A DNA stretch of 64,000 bases, from the NCBI GenBank assembly GCA_001179505.1, contig CDMY01000279.1:62001-126000 (forward strand). The letters are read 5' to 3'. The notes under the pieces are model-generated. The model did not search any database. It was not told the origin of the DNA and saw nothing but the letters and a program-made list of their open reading frames with translations. The DNA comes from Vitrella brassicaformis CCMP3155 (Eukaryota > Protista > Chromerida). The position numbers were made by a program, and so were the translations under genes. Shown piece by piece: positions 36,156-48,669 of the stretch; position 1 is the stretch's first letter, and the number at the start of each line of letters is the position of its first letter.

Positions 36156-39100
36156 TCAGCTGTCCGTCATTCGAGCTGACTTGCGCGCCGGTCTGCTGGC
36201 CCTCCACTCGTCTATCCTGGCCTTCAGCTCAGGCTGCGGCTCCAGCTGATCCACCTGCACATGGACGGATGGATGGATGGATGTCCATCTTTCTTTAAAG
36301 GCGTCCCTCCGTGTGCTCTCTGTGCTGTGCTGCCTACTGAGAGCGGCTGTCGGTTGAATGGGTTGAGGGGGGTGGACAGCAAGTGGCGCTCAATGACGTT
36401 GCGATTCACCTGCAGGCACACGCACCACACGCACCCATACAAACCGGTGGACAGACGAGTGTGTGGCCGTGGCGTCAGAGCGCTTACAACATGTCCCGAT
36501 GGGAGTTTGACGGGATCGACGAGCAGATCGTTGATAATCTCACACTGGAACTCCTCCTGCAAACCACATACAGCCACACACACATGCATATCAGTTGTCT
36601 GTTCGTCGTTTCTCTCACCGGAATGTCCTCATCCTCCATCTCCATCATCGAAACTGTCGCACGCTCCTCCAACTCGGCCACCTGGTGGACAGACACGCAC
36701 CATCAGGCCACACACATGCCCCACAACCAGTACTTGTCGACGTACCAGATTATCGAATTTGGTGAGTATATCCCTGTTGATGAGTCCCTCCCGCCTGATA
36801 ATGCGGGCGGCCTTCTTGAAGGTCTGCACCGAGAAGTAGCGCTCCTCCTTGGGGATCTCGTCGACGAAGTCCCCTCCCCTGCTGGATGACGCCAGGTAGG
36901 CGTACGTCTCGGCCACCTCCTTGAGCAGCTGCACGCACACACAACGAATCAGCGCACACACGGACACAGACATACACACAGGTGCGTATCTGAGTGTGGT
37001 GGGTCCACATCACCCTTGGTAGGCTGACTGACCTGCCGGGGGTCGAAGCCGTACTCCTCCTTGGGATTGGCCACCTGCCGGACAGACAGACAGACAGACA
37101 TGAAGGCACCATCAGCCTGTGTGACCTTGGCAGGCAAGCCGTGCACACCGACCTTGAGCTCGAGAGCCTTTGGCCCGACGAGGCTGTGCACGTTGCAGTT
37201 CAACGCACCCACAATCCTGACAGACACCACACAACACACAGACACACACTACATGTTGCCCCATGGAGTTTGTCTGTCTCTGCTTACTGTGGTATGATGG
37301 GTTTTGACTGGAGCAGCACGTCGGGCACCTCCTTGGAAATGAGCCAAAAGAGAGCTATCTCCGACTGGCCGATCGTGATGCACTGACGAGCTATCCTGCA
37401 TGCAGCCAGGCAACACACACTCTCACACACACATGACCACCCCACCCCACCGAGCCACCTTTTGAGTGTCGAGAGCTTCTGCCGCTCTGTAGTGGGGCCC
37501 TCGGGGTTCTGGCTGCCGCTGCCGGCGCTGGAGGCCTGTGTCTGCTGCTGCTGCTGCTGCTGCTGCTGTGGCTGTGGTGTCTCGTCCTCCTCTTCTTCGT
37601 CGGGCTGTGCGGTCTCGCCCTGCTGCTCCCGATGTCTGACCTCGACGATCTTGCTCATGCCCTCCTCGAGGAAATACATGGTGTCGTTGAGCAACATGTG
37701 GATGAACCGACAGAACACCTGACCAAAGAGAGATGGGGATGGATGGATGGATGTCTTGTTCTTCCGTGTGTGGGGGGTGGGGGTGGCTGGGAGGTATACC
37801 GCGTTGTCCGTCTGCCCGAAGGAGTGGAGGGCCTGCCGGTAGGCCTCGATCTGATGATATACACACACACAGATGTGTGGTGCACCTCGTGTATGTGTGT
37901 GTTTATTCGTTGACCTTGAGGAGCTTCTCAAAAATCTGTATGATGGGGTACCGCACGTTGAACTTGATGTGCTGACCTGCCCACCACCATGACGACAAGG
38001 AACACATAACGCATTCACACGGGGTGGGGTGGGGTGAGGTGAGGTGACCAACCTGTCGACTCCGCATCGATGAAGAGGCCGATCAGCGCGGGGACCAGGT
38101 GCCGACGCAGCACCGAAGAGCCCTCGACCTGCACACACACACATACAGATAGTCATGGTGATGGTGGCGATGCCTGGGTGTGCAGAGTGACGCCAACGGA
38201 CTTTCAGGGTGTGGTTCTTGTTCTGCAGCATGCTCCAGATGATGGAAGCAGCGTTGCTGCGCGTGTGGGGATTGCGGAAGTAACCTGATAGACAGACAGA
38301 GACAATGGGCGAGACTTCTTCTTTATGTGAATGGGATGCCTCCCTCTTTCCTCTGACCGACCGGGCGATCCTATGCAGAACAGGCATGCGTTGATGAGCA
38401 GCTCCAGGTCCAGGTGGTCCAGGACCACTACCAACTGACCATGCCGACACACACACACAGGCACATATACACACCCGATGTCACCAGGGCGGCCACGATT
38501 CGACTGAGTGCAGTGCACTTACCCTGGACTTCATGCACTGCCGAGTAGCCGACCGTCGAGGGGAACAGACACATAAAGACATACAGCAGCAGCGGCAGCA
38601 GCAGCAGTGCAGGATGTCTCTCCCCCATGCCCCCCCTTTTTGTCGGCGTACCTCGTGTATGCAGTCGAAGAGGTCCTCCACCAGCGACACAGGCAGGCAG
38701 CAGAATTGACTGCCACACACACACACACACTCGCGGGAGTGTCGCACCATCTACTGCTCATTAGTTACGGTGAGGGGTCCTGCTTGAGGGGGAACCTCTC
38801 AGCCACCGCCCGCCACACCGCCGTTAGGGGGATGCCTAGACGATGCGGTGCCCATCCATCAGACCAGTGGATGCACTCATCGACCTCACTTGTCTGATCT
38901 GCCGATCGGCCTCTCACCCACCTGTCGTCTGTGTGTCGGTGGCGAACACGCCCGAGCTGGCGCCATTTGGGAGGTATGCGAAGATGTTGTAGAGGAGCCA
39001 CGTCAGGAAGCGGGACACAAAACTGCCCAGCATCTTCAGGCTGACGAGGGGGAAGGCCAAACCAAACCAGCCAGGGCAAACCAAACGTATGGACACTGTG

Positions 39101-41710
39101 TGTGTGTGTGTGTGTGTGTGTGTATCCGTCACCTACAAGTGTGGGTCGAGCAGGTAGCACTCCCAGCAGAGCATCTCGCCTAGAATCAGGTCCAGCTCCG
39201 CCGCCTGACACACACAGACAGACAGAGGCAGATAGAGCAGCAGCAGCAAGAGCAGCAAGAGCAGCACAGAGTCCGTCGTACAGGTAGTGGCTTGTGTCCA
39301 CGTGTGCGTGTGTGGTTACCGACCACTTGTGGGTTGGTCGGGGGGTGTCCGCCCGGGTTCATCTTCTGCAGATTGATGAGCACCCTCTCGTAGTCGGTGA
39401 TGCTCGGCCTGACATACACACACGCACACACACACACACACGATCCGCCTCGGGCTCATTCATGTGTTCGTCTGTGTTGTCCTACCTGAGGATGACCCCA
39501 CAAGCTCGAGCCGTCAGCCAGAACACTGCACAGACAGACAAGGACCAGCGACCTCATCAAGACACCACACCAAACTGTCTGTCTGCGTGCAGTCATTCAT
39601 TCATCGCCGACGCACCCACCTTGTGTGATGAATTTGGGCTCTGTGGCATTTGCAGTGCGCACGAAGTCGCCCACGGCCAGCTTGACGGCCTCGTCGCTGC
39701 CGCCCAACTTGGAGTCGCCCGTCAGGGCACCCAAAAGGCGGCCGGCGTCGTCGCGCAGACAGAAGAAGGGATCCAACTCGGGCAGCTTCGCACCAGGGAT
39801 GGGCTCAGCTAGCCTCAACAACGCCCAACTGCATGCACGGGGAAAGCACGTGTGTGGTGGGGAGTCATGTGTGTTAGTAGCAGCTGCTATGGCATACATA
39901 CAGGGTGTTGAGGGCGAATCCCGATGCGCATCCGCTGAATCTGAGCATGAGGGCGGCCTGGGAGCTCATGGGGGCGTCCTGACCAAAGTGCCGTGCCATC
40001 TTGGCTCTCGACTCGTTGGCCTTGAGCACCGCCGCAAACCACTCTGAGCTCAGGAGGCCGAGAGAAACCACATACAGGCCAGGCCTCTGTGGTCGGTGCA
40101 CTTATCAACGAGGCGCTAAGCTGCCTACCGAGTGTGGCCAGCCTGGTCTCACTCGACGCCTTAAGCAGCGGCATCACAGCCTGATCGATCAACACACACA
40201 GACTCACTTAGTCACGTCATGTTGCCGCACATTCCCGCTCTCGACTGGTAGGTAGCTTACGTCTCTGGCGCTGTCCTGGAGGTGTGAGAGGTCCTGCCTC
40301 AGCTGTTTTGTGCTCTGCTCAATGGCCTGCCGCGACTTCCTGCCAGTGGCCACGTCGCTGTAGTGCTTCTGACGCACACTCACTGCCGACGATGGCGGGG
40401 TGGGCCGCTGCGGGCTCGCAGACATGGGCATGGCCATGGGCATCGCAGCGGCCTGCTGGAAATCCAACTCGAAGTCCAACGTGCTGGGGCTGTAGGGTAG
40501 GCACATTTGAACACTCAGAAGTGAACGAATGAAGACAGACCGTTGTCTGAGTGTGTGTATGTGTGTGTGTGTCTGCCGGCTGACCCGAGTATGTGTCCGA
40601 GTATGGTCTCTGTAAGCAGCCTCCAGCCGAGGCCCATGGGAGTCGCGGGCGGCTTGAACACCGAATGGCTCACCAGCAGCTTGCCTGAGGGGAGGGAGGG
40701 AGGGAGGGAGGGAGGGACGATGACACATAGAGGGGTGTGTGTGTGTGTGTGTATCTGTCGGTTGGCGGTGGTTTCCTCACTGATGTGTTTGTCCTTGACG
40801 AGCTGCAGCAGGATGCGCAGAGCCACTCCCATCGGCTCACCAAGCTGCATCGCATCACCACACACAAGTGTGAGGGCACCTTCCCTTCACACACTGCCGG
40901 CTGGGCTGTCTGTCTGTCTGACCCTTTTCCCCTTGAGCTCTTGCGCCATTCGTTGGATGACCGGCCCGAAGATGCGCGGGACGTCATCAGCATTCTGGTC
41001 GACCAGCTGGTCCACAAACCTCCCGAAAAACTCCGGAGAGATGGCGGGGCCGTGCTCAAACGCCGAAAAGATGAGCTTCGGGTGCTGTCACATACACACA
41101 CACGCACACGGAGAGAGAGAGAGATATGGGGCGCGCACTTGTCTGCCTGTCTGCCAGTCTGCCTGCCTGTCTGTCTGTCTGTCTGTCTGCTGACCTCCAC
41201 GTTGCACTGCTCTGGCGTCGAAGGCGAGTGCTGAAACAGCTGTGGCACCTGGAAGTAGAGCGCTGCGTAGTTGACGATCATCTCATGTGCGTCGGCCTTG
41301 ATCTGCTCGCGCCTCTCCTTGGGAATGGTGCGTGCCAGTGCATCCTCCTCGGCGGCCCGGCGGTAGGCCTCTGAGAGGTAGAGGAAGAGGGGCGGGGCGC
41401 GGAACGGCTTGGACAGCCGCGACATGAGCACCTTCTCCATCACTTCCCGGTCGCCCGACAGCTTGGGGATCTTGCTGCCGCCCTCGCTCAACTCATTTGC
41501 AACGTCGCCTGCCGCCCAAGTCAGTCAGTCAGGCAAACACACACGCAGCCACAGCAGGAGAGAGAGGGATGATACGTGGTCGTCTTGGTGGTGGTGTTGC
41601 TTGTGCTTGTGCGTACCTAGGTGTGTCTTGTGCGCCTCGCCGGTGGTGGTGAGGGTCACATCGAAGACCTTCGAGCACCACATGTGCTCGTGCTCCTTCT
41701 GCTTATCCAT
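36156..41710 (-). CDS. UFD2: Ubiquitin conjugation factor E4 (UFD2/UBE4), C-terminal U-box
   Basis: N-terminus ...SKVFDVTL, YFRNPHTRS, FCRFIHMLLNDTMYFLEEG, VANPKEEYGFDP, EERYFSVQTFKKA and U-box EEFQCEIINDLLVDPVKLPSGHVV/NRNVIERHLLSTPLNPFNRQPL...ELKARIDEW. Confidence 0.93.
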
Positions 41711-41898
41711 TCTATCTATCGTGCTGCTCTTCAACGGGAACCTTTCACAATAATCACGTTCCCGGCATCCCCACCCTCTTCTCTTTTCCCCTCTTTTTTG
41801 CTTGCGAGCTAGACCTCTGCAAGCTTAGCTCGGGAGGAAGCTGAGAAAGCCTTTCCTCTCCTGCAGTCATTCGGTGCAGCAGTCCTCTCCTTGGAACG

Positions 41899-42495
41899 AT
41901 GCGGATCTTAGTTGTTCTCACCACCTTGGTGCTATGGGGTCTTGGATCTGTGTCAACAGCATTCGTGAAGTCCTCAGCCGTCAGCCACGCCAGCCAGCCA
42001 TTACGACGACGCGCTGCTGCCTCCATTCCACCCCTCACACACACAAGCATGCATCTCGTTCCCGAGCACCTGGACTCGACAGATCTCGCCCACCTGGGCG
42101 CCCATTTCGGCGACACAGCCTTCTCATCCCACCCCCTGTCTGATTTCTACACGACGCTGCAAGTGGCTGCTGCCGACGCGGATGCCCCCAAGACGTCGCC
42201 CGAGGTGGCCCGCATCTACCGCAACATCTTTGTGTGGAGCATCGGGCTGCCCATCGCCTTGGTGATAGCCACGCTGGCCCTCACTAGGGTGGCGGCCGAC
42301 TCGGTGGGCAAGTGGGGGCCCGCTGCCGTGGCGCAGAGCGAAGAGGCCAGGAACGAAGCCGCCAGAGCGGAGGCCAGCCTAATCCGCAAGGCCAAGGAGA
42401 CCGACCAGACCACTCGGATGCCGTTGGGGCTGGGCGTCGGGGGCGAGAGGGACGTCAAGAGGAGAGAGAGGGCGGGAGATGAGCTCAACTTTTAG
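41899..42495 (+). CDS. Intronless 198-aa protein with bipartite plastid leader and one TM helix (putative thylakoid or plastid membrane protein)
   Basis: Signal peptide MRILVVLTTLVLWGLGSVSTA followed by F, then a Ser/Arg-rich transit region. TM segment IFVWSIGLPIALVIATLAL. Confidence 0.75.
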   Translation: MRILVVLTTLVLWGLGSVSTAFVKSSAVSHASQPLRRRAAASIPPLTHTSMHLVPEHLDSTDLAHLGAHFGDTAFSSHPLSDFYTTLQVAAADADAPKTSPEVARIYRNIFVWSIGLPIALVIATLALTRVAADSVGKWGPAAVAQSEEARNEAARAEASLIRKAKETDQTTRMPLGLGVGGERDVKRRERAGDELNF

Positions 42496-43138
42496 CTAGC
42501 TATAGGGCGCGGTGCGGTGTGCAGAGTGCCGCTGATCAAGCAATGGTCAAACCTTTGAAAGTTTTTCGTGTGTGGGGTGTGTGTTGTGTGTCTGTGGTTT
42601 GTCAGTGAAGCGCATGAGTCATTCATAGATTGGTCGGTTGAGAGACTGACGTACACACAGACAGACAGACAGACAGACAGGCAGACGTGTAGTGTATGTG
42701 TGGGCAGGCAGGTGCATGTTATCATCATTATTCTGTGCCTATGTGCCCCCGTATACGATGGATGGATGACAGACACGAACAATGGTCCATCCACCCACCC
42801 ATCCATGTGAAAGAATGACACCATGCGATGCATCCGATGTGCCCACCCACCGGCAGCAGTCTCTTTCCCGCCCCTTATCTCACAGCAACAGCACACACAC
42901 ACACCCAGTACTGAGAACGAGAGAGAGAAAAATATGTCTGTCTGTCTGTCTATCGGCCAGCGGAGAAGAGAGGACAGACAGGCGTCCTGTCTGTCAAGAA
43001 GTGTGTCAATCTACATGGGGTCCCGACTGTACTTGCGGCGGCCATAACTGAAGAGGAATCAGACACAAGGAGAGCGGTGTTCCCAAAGAGGTGGCCAGGG
43101 TGAGTGGCTGGGCGGTGAGTGAATGAGTGGGTGGGCGC

Positions 43139-45043
43139 CTACAAGGGTCGTTCGGCTTGTTCGTCGCTGTCCTCCCTGCCACTCAGCTCTGTCTCGTGAG
43201 GCGTGAAATACGGCGTGTGGCTCACTGCACCTGCACACACACACACATACACATACACACATCTGGACCAGCTGTCTCTCTCTATCGTGCCATAGAGTGT
43301 GTGCCTCCGTCTGTGGTCCGTGCGTGTGATGTCCCTCCCTCCCTCCCTCCCTCCCTCCGACCTTTGTTTGCTTCCCTCTGCTTCGCCGTGACGGGTGTGC
43401 CGATGAACACATGCCGCCCTCCACCTGTGGACTGCAGCCACTCGATCGGGTCTGAGGCCCGACGGCCCCTGTGTTGGGGGCTGGCCGAGATAGACCTCAG
43501 TAGGCTGTCGTTGATCCTCAGCAGCTGCTCGGTGAGCGACAGGGCCTCACCGCTGGCCATCTCCAGCCCCCAACGCTCTATGGACCTTAACGATGCACTG
43601 CACACGCACACACACACACACACACGCACACACCACACACGCAAAGAGAGAATGCAAGCAGAGCAGATCAACACACATGAGATGGGAAAGAGGCGGGCGC
43701 GTGACGTACCTGAGTTGTTTTCGCCATAGTTTATCGAGGACATGGCAAAGATTGGACGAGTAGGGCGCCGATGCCGCTTGCCGGTGCGCCAGCCATGTCT
43801 CCCACTGCCGCATGCAGGCCTGCATCCGCCGCTGCTGCAGCCGGTGCACAAGACTGACGAGCCTCTCGGCCGGCGGCTGGTGGGGCCATGCTACAGCCCT
43901 CGTGTGGCGATGCCACCTCCTCCAAGCGTCCATCTGCGCCCGCCTTCTCGCCCGATCCACAGCCCGACGGAGGAACACCTGCCGCCTCTCATAGTCATCG
44001 ACCCTCTCGCGTAGCCGGGCCCAGGCGTGGACGAGCCGGTCGTTGACGAGCTTGAGCAGCATCGATCTCAGATAGCAGGACCGCACGTGCACATAGCCCT
44101 TGGCCGACTCCTGGCTGTGAGTCACCAGCATGTCCACCATAATAGCGTCGCTCGACGCTTGGCAGCGGCTCGCCTGCGCCTCACTGGCGCCCACTGCATT
44201 CGCCGCCCCGACGGCCGAGGCGCCAAGCCGCATTTGCGAGAAGGCTGAGCCACACCGCTTCCGCAGCCAGTCTGCGATGCGTGAAGCCGCTGCCTCCCTC
44301 TGAGACGCCTGGGCCCTCCGCATGGCTGAGGTGGCCTTCTCCTCTGCCTGCCTTTGTGCATCCTCCAGCTGGCGAGTCATCTTGGTCCGGGTGGCCTCCA
44401 TGGCCTCAGCGAGGTCCGCCATGGCCGCCGCACAGCCACGGTGGGCATTCCACAGCAGCCTCACAAAGGCCCGAACCAGCCGTCGCTTCTGCCGCCAGAA
44501 GTGCCACGTCGCCATTCTCTGCAGCCCCGCCTCAACCACTTTCCGCCTCTCCCTTTGCAGTTCGCTGTCCACGGCCTGCTGCAGCCTCACAAGCGTCGCA
44601 TCTGCCGACGCGGCGGTCCGAAAGCGCCCCAGCGGCACTGGCCCGGCAGCTGCAGTTGGGGCCAGGCCCGCGTCGCTGCCCGCGGCCACGGGCGGTCCTT
44701 GTGCGGCCTCCTTGCTACGCTGCACGGCCTGCTGCAGTGCCTCAATCCATCTGTCCATCTCCTCGTGAGTCTCGGACCGCAGTGAGAACTCCCGGCGGCT
44801 CTTGGGGGTGGCGGGCGACGTGACGGCGAAGCGAATGACGAACTTGGTGGGGTCTTTCCAGGTGGCAGCGGAAGTGACCTCCGTGACGGTGGCGAGTGCG
44901 ATGGCCTTTTTGACTTCGCTGCATTGGTGCGAGGCGAATGCGATGAGGAAGTTGTGTTGGATGGCGTACCACTCCATGGCCCAACGCTTCCGGTAGAGGC
45001 CCTTCAGACGCTCCAGCGGCCCCTGAAGCTCACAGCTCTCCAT
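43139..45043 (-). CDS. PH-domain protein with coiled-coil and Trp/Arg-rich helical repeats
   Basis: KRWAMEWYAIQHNFLIAF...KFVIRF...REFSLRSETHEEMDRWIEALQQAV is a PH signature. Sfi1-like repeats RAFVRLLW, HAWARLR, DAWRRWH, ACMRQW follow. The 3' end is uncertain. Confidence 0.7.
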
Positions 45044-45334
45044 TCTCGCAGTCTCAGACAGACGGGGGGCGAGCTCGCGCATGCAATGCAGATCACACGA
45101 CGTATGTCGGCGTCACCATCCAAAGGCATTCACACACGAAAAACACACGGCAGGTCTCATGCAGATCTGTACAACAACACCGCCCCATCGTTGGTCACTC
45201 AGGGACGGAGAGAGATGCATAGTCACTCAGTCAGACAGACAGCCAGCCAGCCAGCCAGCCAGCCAAACAGACAGACAGACAGGCAACAGATTAGACAGGT
45301 GCGTCTGTGTGTATGCTAATTCCCCCGGCCGGCC

Positions 45335-45408
45335 ACGCTAGTAGCAACATCAGGACCGACGCTGGCCGCCTGGCCTTTTCACGACGGCCCCTCACACGCC
45401 ACACGCGC
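45335..45408 (-). promoter_or_regulatory. SECIS element (form 2, GUGA core) in the 3' UTR of the SelK gene
   Basis: Minus-strand RNA: GUGGCG-U-GUGA-G-GGGCCGUCGU-G-AAAA-GGCC-AGGC-GGCC-A-GCGUCGGUCC-U-GA-U-GU-UGCUAC. It forms helix I, a UGAN/NGAN quartet, a 10-bp helix II with one U-U, unpaired AAAA and a 4-bp apical mini-stem. Confidence 0.88.
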
Positions 45409-45603
45409 TTGCACGGCCCCTCACCCCCATGACATCCCATCAGCGATGCCGATGGTCCGTCCGTCTGTTCGGGCGTCTTCAAGAGATGCAGCACAGATCC
45501 GGCAGACGACAAAACTGCCGGCCGCCACCTAGATGGCGGCCAGCAGTGTTTGTCCGTCCGTCCGTCGTTGGGTGGATCTGGTTGCATGGTCTTGAGGACG
45601 CCC

Positions 45604-46021
45604 TTATCGTCATCCGCCGCCACCTCTGACGTTCATCCTCGGCCGGAGACCCCTCATGTTGGGCCCTGGTGGCCCGCCATCTCCCGGCCGCCGGCGGCCG
45701 TTGCTGTTGACCTGAGGGTGGAAGAGCGTCTTGAAGAACAACAACACCTGCAGCCGCGACACGACAGACAACACACACACACACACAGATGTATGTGGCC
45801 TGGCGGCTGGGTGCGCGTCGGTTCTTTGGGGACCCACCATGGCGACGAGCCACCAGAAGAACCGAATGATGGGATTGTTGCTCTCTGCGGGACCCTCCTG
45901 CAACCAAACACGCAGCGCACACACGTGTGTCGCTCTACTTCGCAGCGGAGCGTATTCTCTGTAATCCAATCACCCACACCTGTATTTTGCCGCCGACGAT
46001 GCGCGGAGGAGCCCGCTCCAT
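45604..46021 (-). CDS. SELENOK: Selenoprotein K-like ER membrane protein, 81 aa, Sec as penultimate residue
   Basis: Exons 46021-45980, 45897-45838 and 45747-45604 give MERAPPRIVGGKIQEGPAESNNPIIRFFWWLVAMVLLFFKTLFHPQVNSNGRRRPGDGGPPGPNMRGLRPRMNVRGGGG-TGA-CGA-TAA. The FFW...VLLFFKTL TM and G/P/R-rich tail match SelK, and a SECIS lies downstream. Confidence 0.9.
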
Positions 46022-46192
46022 CCTTGTCGGCTGCTACAAGGCCCGGTAGTCGCCCTTAAGACTGGAGTTCTCCTCTGAACGAAACACACAAAAGCCACAG
46101 CAGGTCAAATCAATTGAGTTTGGAAACGGGCTCAGCAACAGTCCACGCTACCTTTGTGTCCTTCCGTTCTTCCTTCTCCTCCCTCCTTCATC

Positions 46193-46200
46193 TGCGAGCT
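46193..46200 (+). promoter_or_regulatory. Representative copy of a recurrent promoter-proximal octamer TGCGAGCT
   Basis: The same octamer occurs at 5057, 10360, 16287, 26888, 41803, 46193 and 51006 (+), and at 33497 and 53356 (-). Eight copies lie within about 250 bp of an inferred start codon; 53356 is about 400 bp from the 53755 start. Confidence 0.55.
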
Positions 46201-46267
46201 TGGAAGCAAAAGCGCGCGGTCAGCAGCAGCAGAAAAAGGGACGAAAAAGGAGGATGTCCTTCGTCAG

Positions 46268-46895
46268 ATGTCGATAGAAACTGTCAAGGAGCACTTCAAC
46301 TCGATAAGGGAAAGCAAAGGTGAGTGAGCAAATGATACAATGATACACAGATCTGTGCAGCATAGATCAGGACATGCATCCGTGTGTGTGTCGTTGTGTG
46401 TGTGTGCACTGCAGTGGTGGTAGACTTGCGTCCGATAGCCAACGCGCCGGTGCTCAAGACGGGCAAGTTCAAGGTCTCGGGGCAGGAGACCTTCGCCGAC
46501 CTCAAAAGCAGAATCGAGACCATGGTCAAGAGAGATACAGTGGTGCGCATGAGTGGAGTGCACTCATTCCAGACAAACACGGCTGCCTGCCTGCCTGCCT
46601 ACCTACCGCTGCCTGCCTGCCTACCTACCGCTGTCTGTGTGCTGTTCTTCCCTCGGTCAGTATTTGTACGTCAACAACAGCTTTGAGCCCTCGCCTGACG
46701 ACTACCTCTTTGACCTGTTCGAGGTGACTGACTGAATGACTGACCCTCTCACGGCCCCTTGCCAGACTGTACGGCTCGTCTGTGTGTGTAATGTGTGTGT
46801 AATTGGATTGGATTGGTCCGATGGTGGGACTGCAGTGCTTCAAGACCGGCGAGCAGCTCAACATCGGCTACAGCCTCACTCCCGCATTCCACTGA
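46268..46895 (+). CDS. ATG12: Autophagy protein ATG12, lacking the C-terminal glycine; 4 exons
   Basis: MSIETVKEHFNSIRESK/VVVDLRPIANAPVLKTGKFKVSGQETF.../YLYVNNSFEPSPDDYLFDLFE/CFKTGEQLNIGYSLTPAFH-stop. Confidence 0.92.
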
Positions 46896-47134
46896 AGCGA
46901 ACCGAACCTTCCATCGCGCTCACCTCCCTCCCTCCCTCCACCTTTCTCTGTCTCTCTCTCTCTCTCTCTCTGCCGACGGACGGACGGACTTGTTTCCCTC
47001 CCCGGAAGCGCGTCTGTGTCATGACGGACCCTGAAGTGACCATCGGTGTGAGGGAAGGGAAACGGGAAACACAAAACACACACACACACACAAGCACACT
47101 GGTCACCACTCTTGCGTGCCTGTGGCTGGCTTGA

Positions 47135-48432
47135 ATGGAATGCACTGCAGAGTTTGTGCGTGAGCTGGCCCAGAGTGCTTCCGACATGATCGGCCAGCAG
47201 AACGAGGCGTCCACCAAGCAGACCAACGCCAAGGTCAAGGTGTCGGCTGCCGACCTCGTGACGGAGACGGACGTGGCGGTGGAGAACCTCCTCAAACAGA
47301 CCATCCACAGCAGATTCCCCACACACCAATTTCTGTGTGGTCAGCCAGCGATACGACGGAAGGAACACACAGCAGATAAGATGGTTATGTGTGTGTGTGT
47401 GTCTGTGTGTGTGTCTGTGTCTGTGTCTGTGTGTGTTCAGAGGAGTCGTCGGATGCGTCGGCAGAGCTCACTGACGCGCCGACGTGGATCATCGACCCGG
47501 TGGATGGAACGACCAACTTCTACCATGGAGTACCCTACTGCTGCGTCAGCATCGCATTCGCCAGACACAAAACAGGTGGGTGGATGCGCTGCTGCACAGC
47601 CGCCAGCAGCCAGTCACTCCTTCTTTCGTTCAGTGCTGTTTGGGTGCGTCCAAGCGCCGTTGCTCAAGTGGGTCGACGTTCAAGCGCCATGTCTGGTCCG
47701 TATATGTGTGTGCATATGTGTGTATGTCGGTAGAGAGGCCTGGTGGGCCGAGAAGGGCGGCAAGGCCTGGCACATGGACAACAGCGGCAATGTCAAATGC
47801 ATCTCGACATCCACCACAACTGATCTCAACAAGTGAGCAGCCACCAAGCAGCAGCCAGTTGACCCCCCTCGAGGCTCATGCACGACGACATATATGTCGT
47901 GTGTGTTGGGTTGTTTCTCTCTCCGCGTGCCGTGCAGGAGCCTGCTGTCGACGGGTTTCCTGGTAGCGACGGTGCAGCGCCTCAACAACCCCAACCTGAG
48001 TGTCGACGACCGCCAGAGGATCGAGCACAAGAGGGACCTGGTCATCCGGCAGCTACAGGCATTCCTCCCCCATGTCAGTCAGTCAGTCAGTGAGACACAT
48101 ACATAGTTAGTATACACGAAGGAAGGCCTTGACCGGCATCTGTGTGTGTCTGGCCTCCCCCCATCCATCAGGTTCACGATGTGCGTCGGTTGGGTGCCTG
48201 TGCGCTGGACCTCTGCCACGTGGCCTGCGGGAGGATGGACTGCTACTTCGAGTGCGGCCCAAAAGAGTGGGACTTGTCCGCTGGTGTGCTCATAGTGTAC
48301 GAGGCGGGGGGCGTGTGCAGCAACTATGCGGGCGCCCCCCTGTCGGACAAGCTGGACGACTGTGAGATAGTTGCGTGCGCGACGCCAGAGCTGCATGACA
48401 AAGTGATAGCGCTGCTGAAGCAAGTCGAATGA
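47135..48432 (+). CDS. Inositol monophosphatase family protein
   Basis: [14 protein letters not shown]...[48 protein letters not shown]...[15 protein letters not shown]. Confidence 0.93.
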
Positions 48433-48669
48433 GGGTGGAGACGCCTGTGTCTGACAAGTGCTTTGTGCTATTGCCACTTTTGTATTCGGCCTTCACCGCG
48501 CCGATTGGTCGTGGACCACACACGGCGGCGGACAGATGCATATATATCTGTGTGTGTGTGTGCATAGATTGACACAAGTTTTGAGTCAGTCGTCGGTCAG
48601 ATCAACATGCACGAGTGAGTCCCGCGATCACACACATCACCGAACTAACATCACTCACTGGTCGGTCAG

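Noticed and set aside
43731-44823. Several long overlapping ORFs on other frames or strands of the PH gene (also at 2604-3333, 18925-19839 and 54774-56084)
   Set aside because: Shadow ORFs expected from high GC codon bias; the coding frame is already explained.
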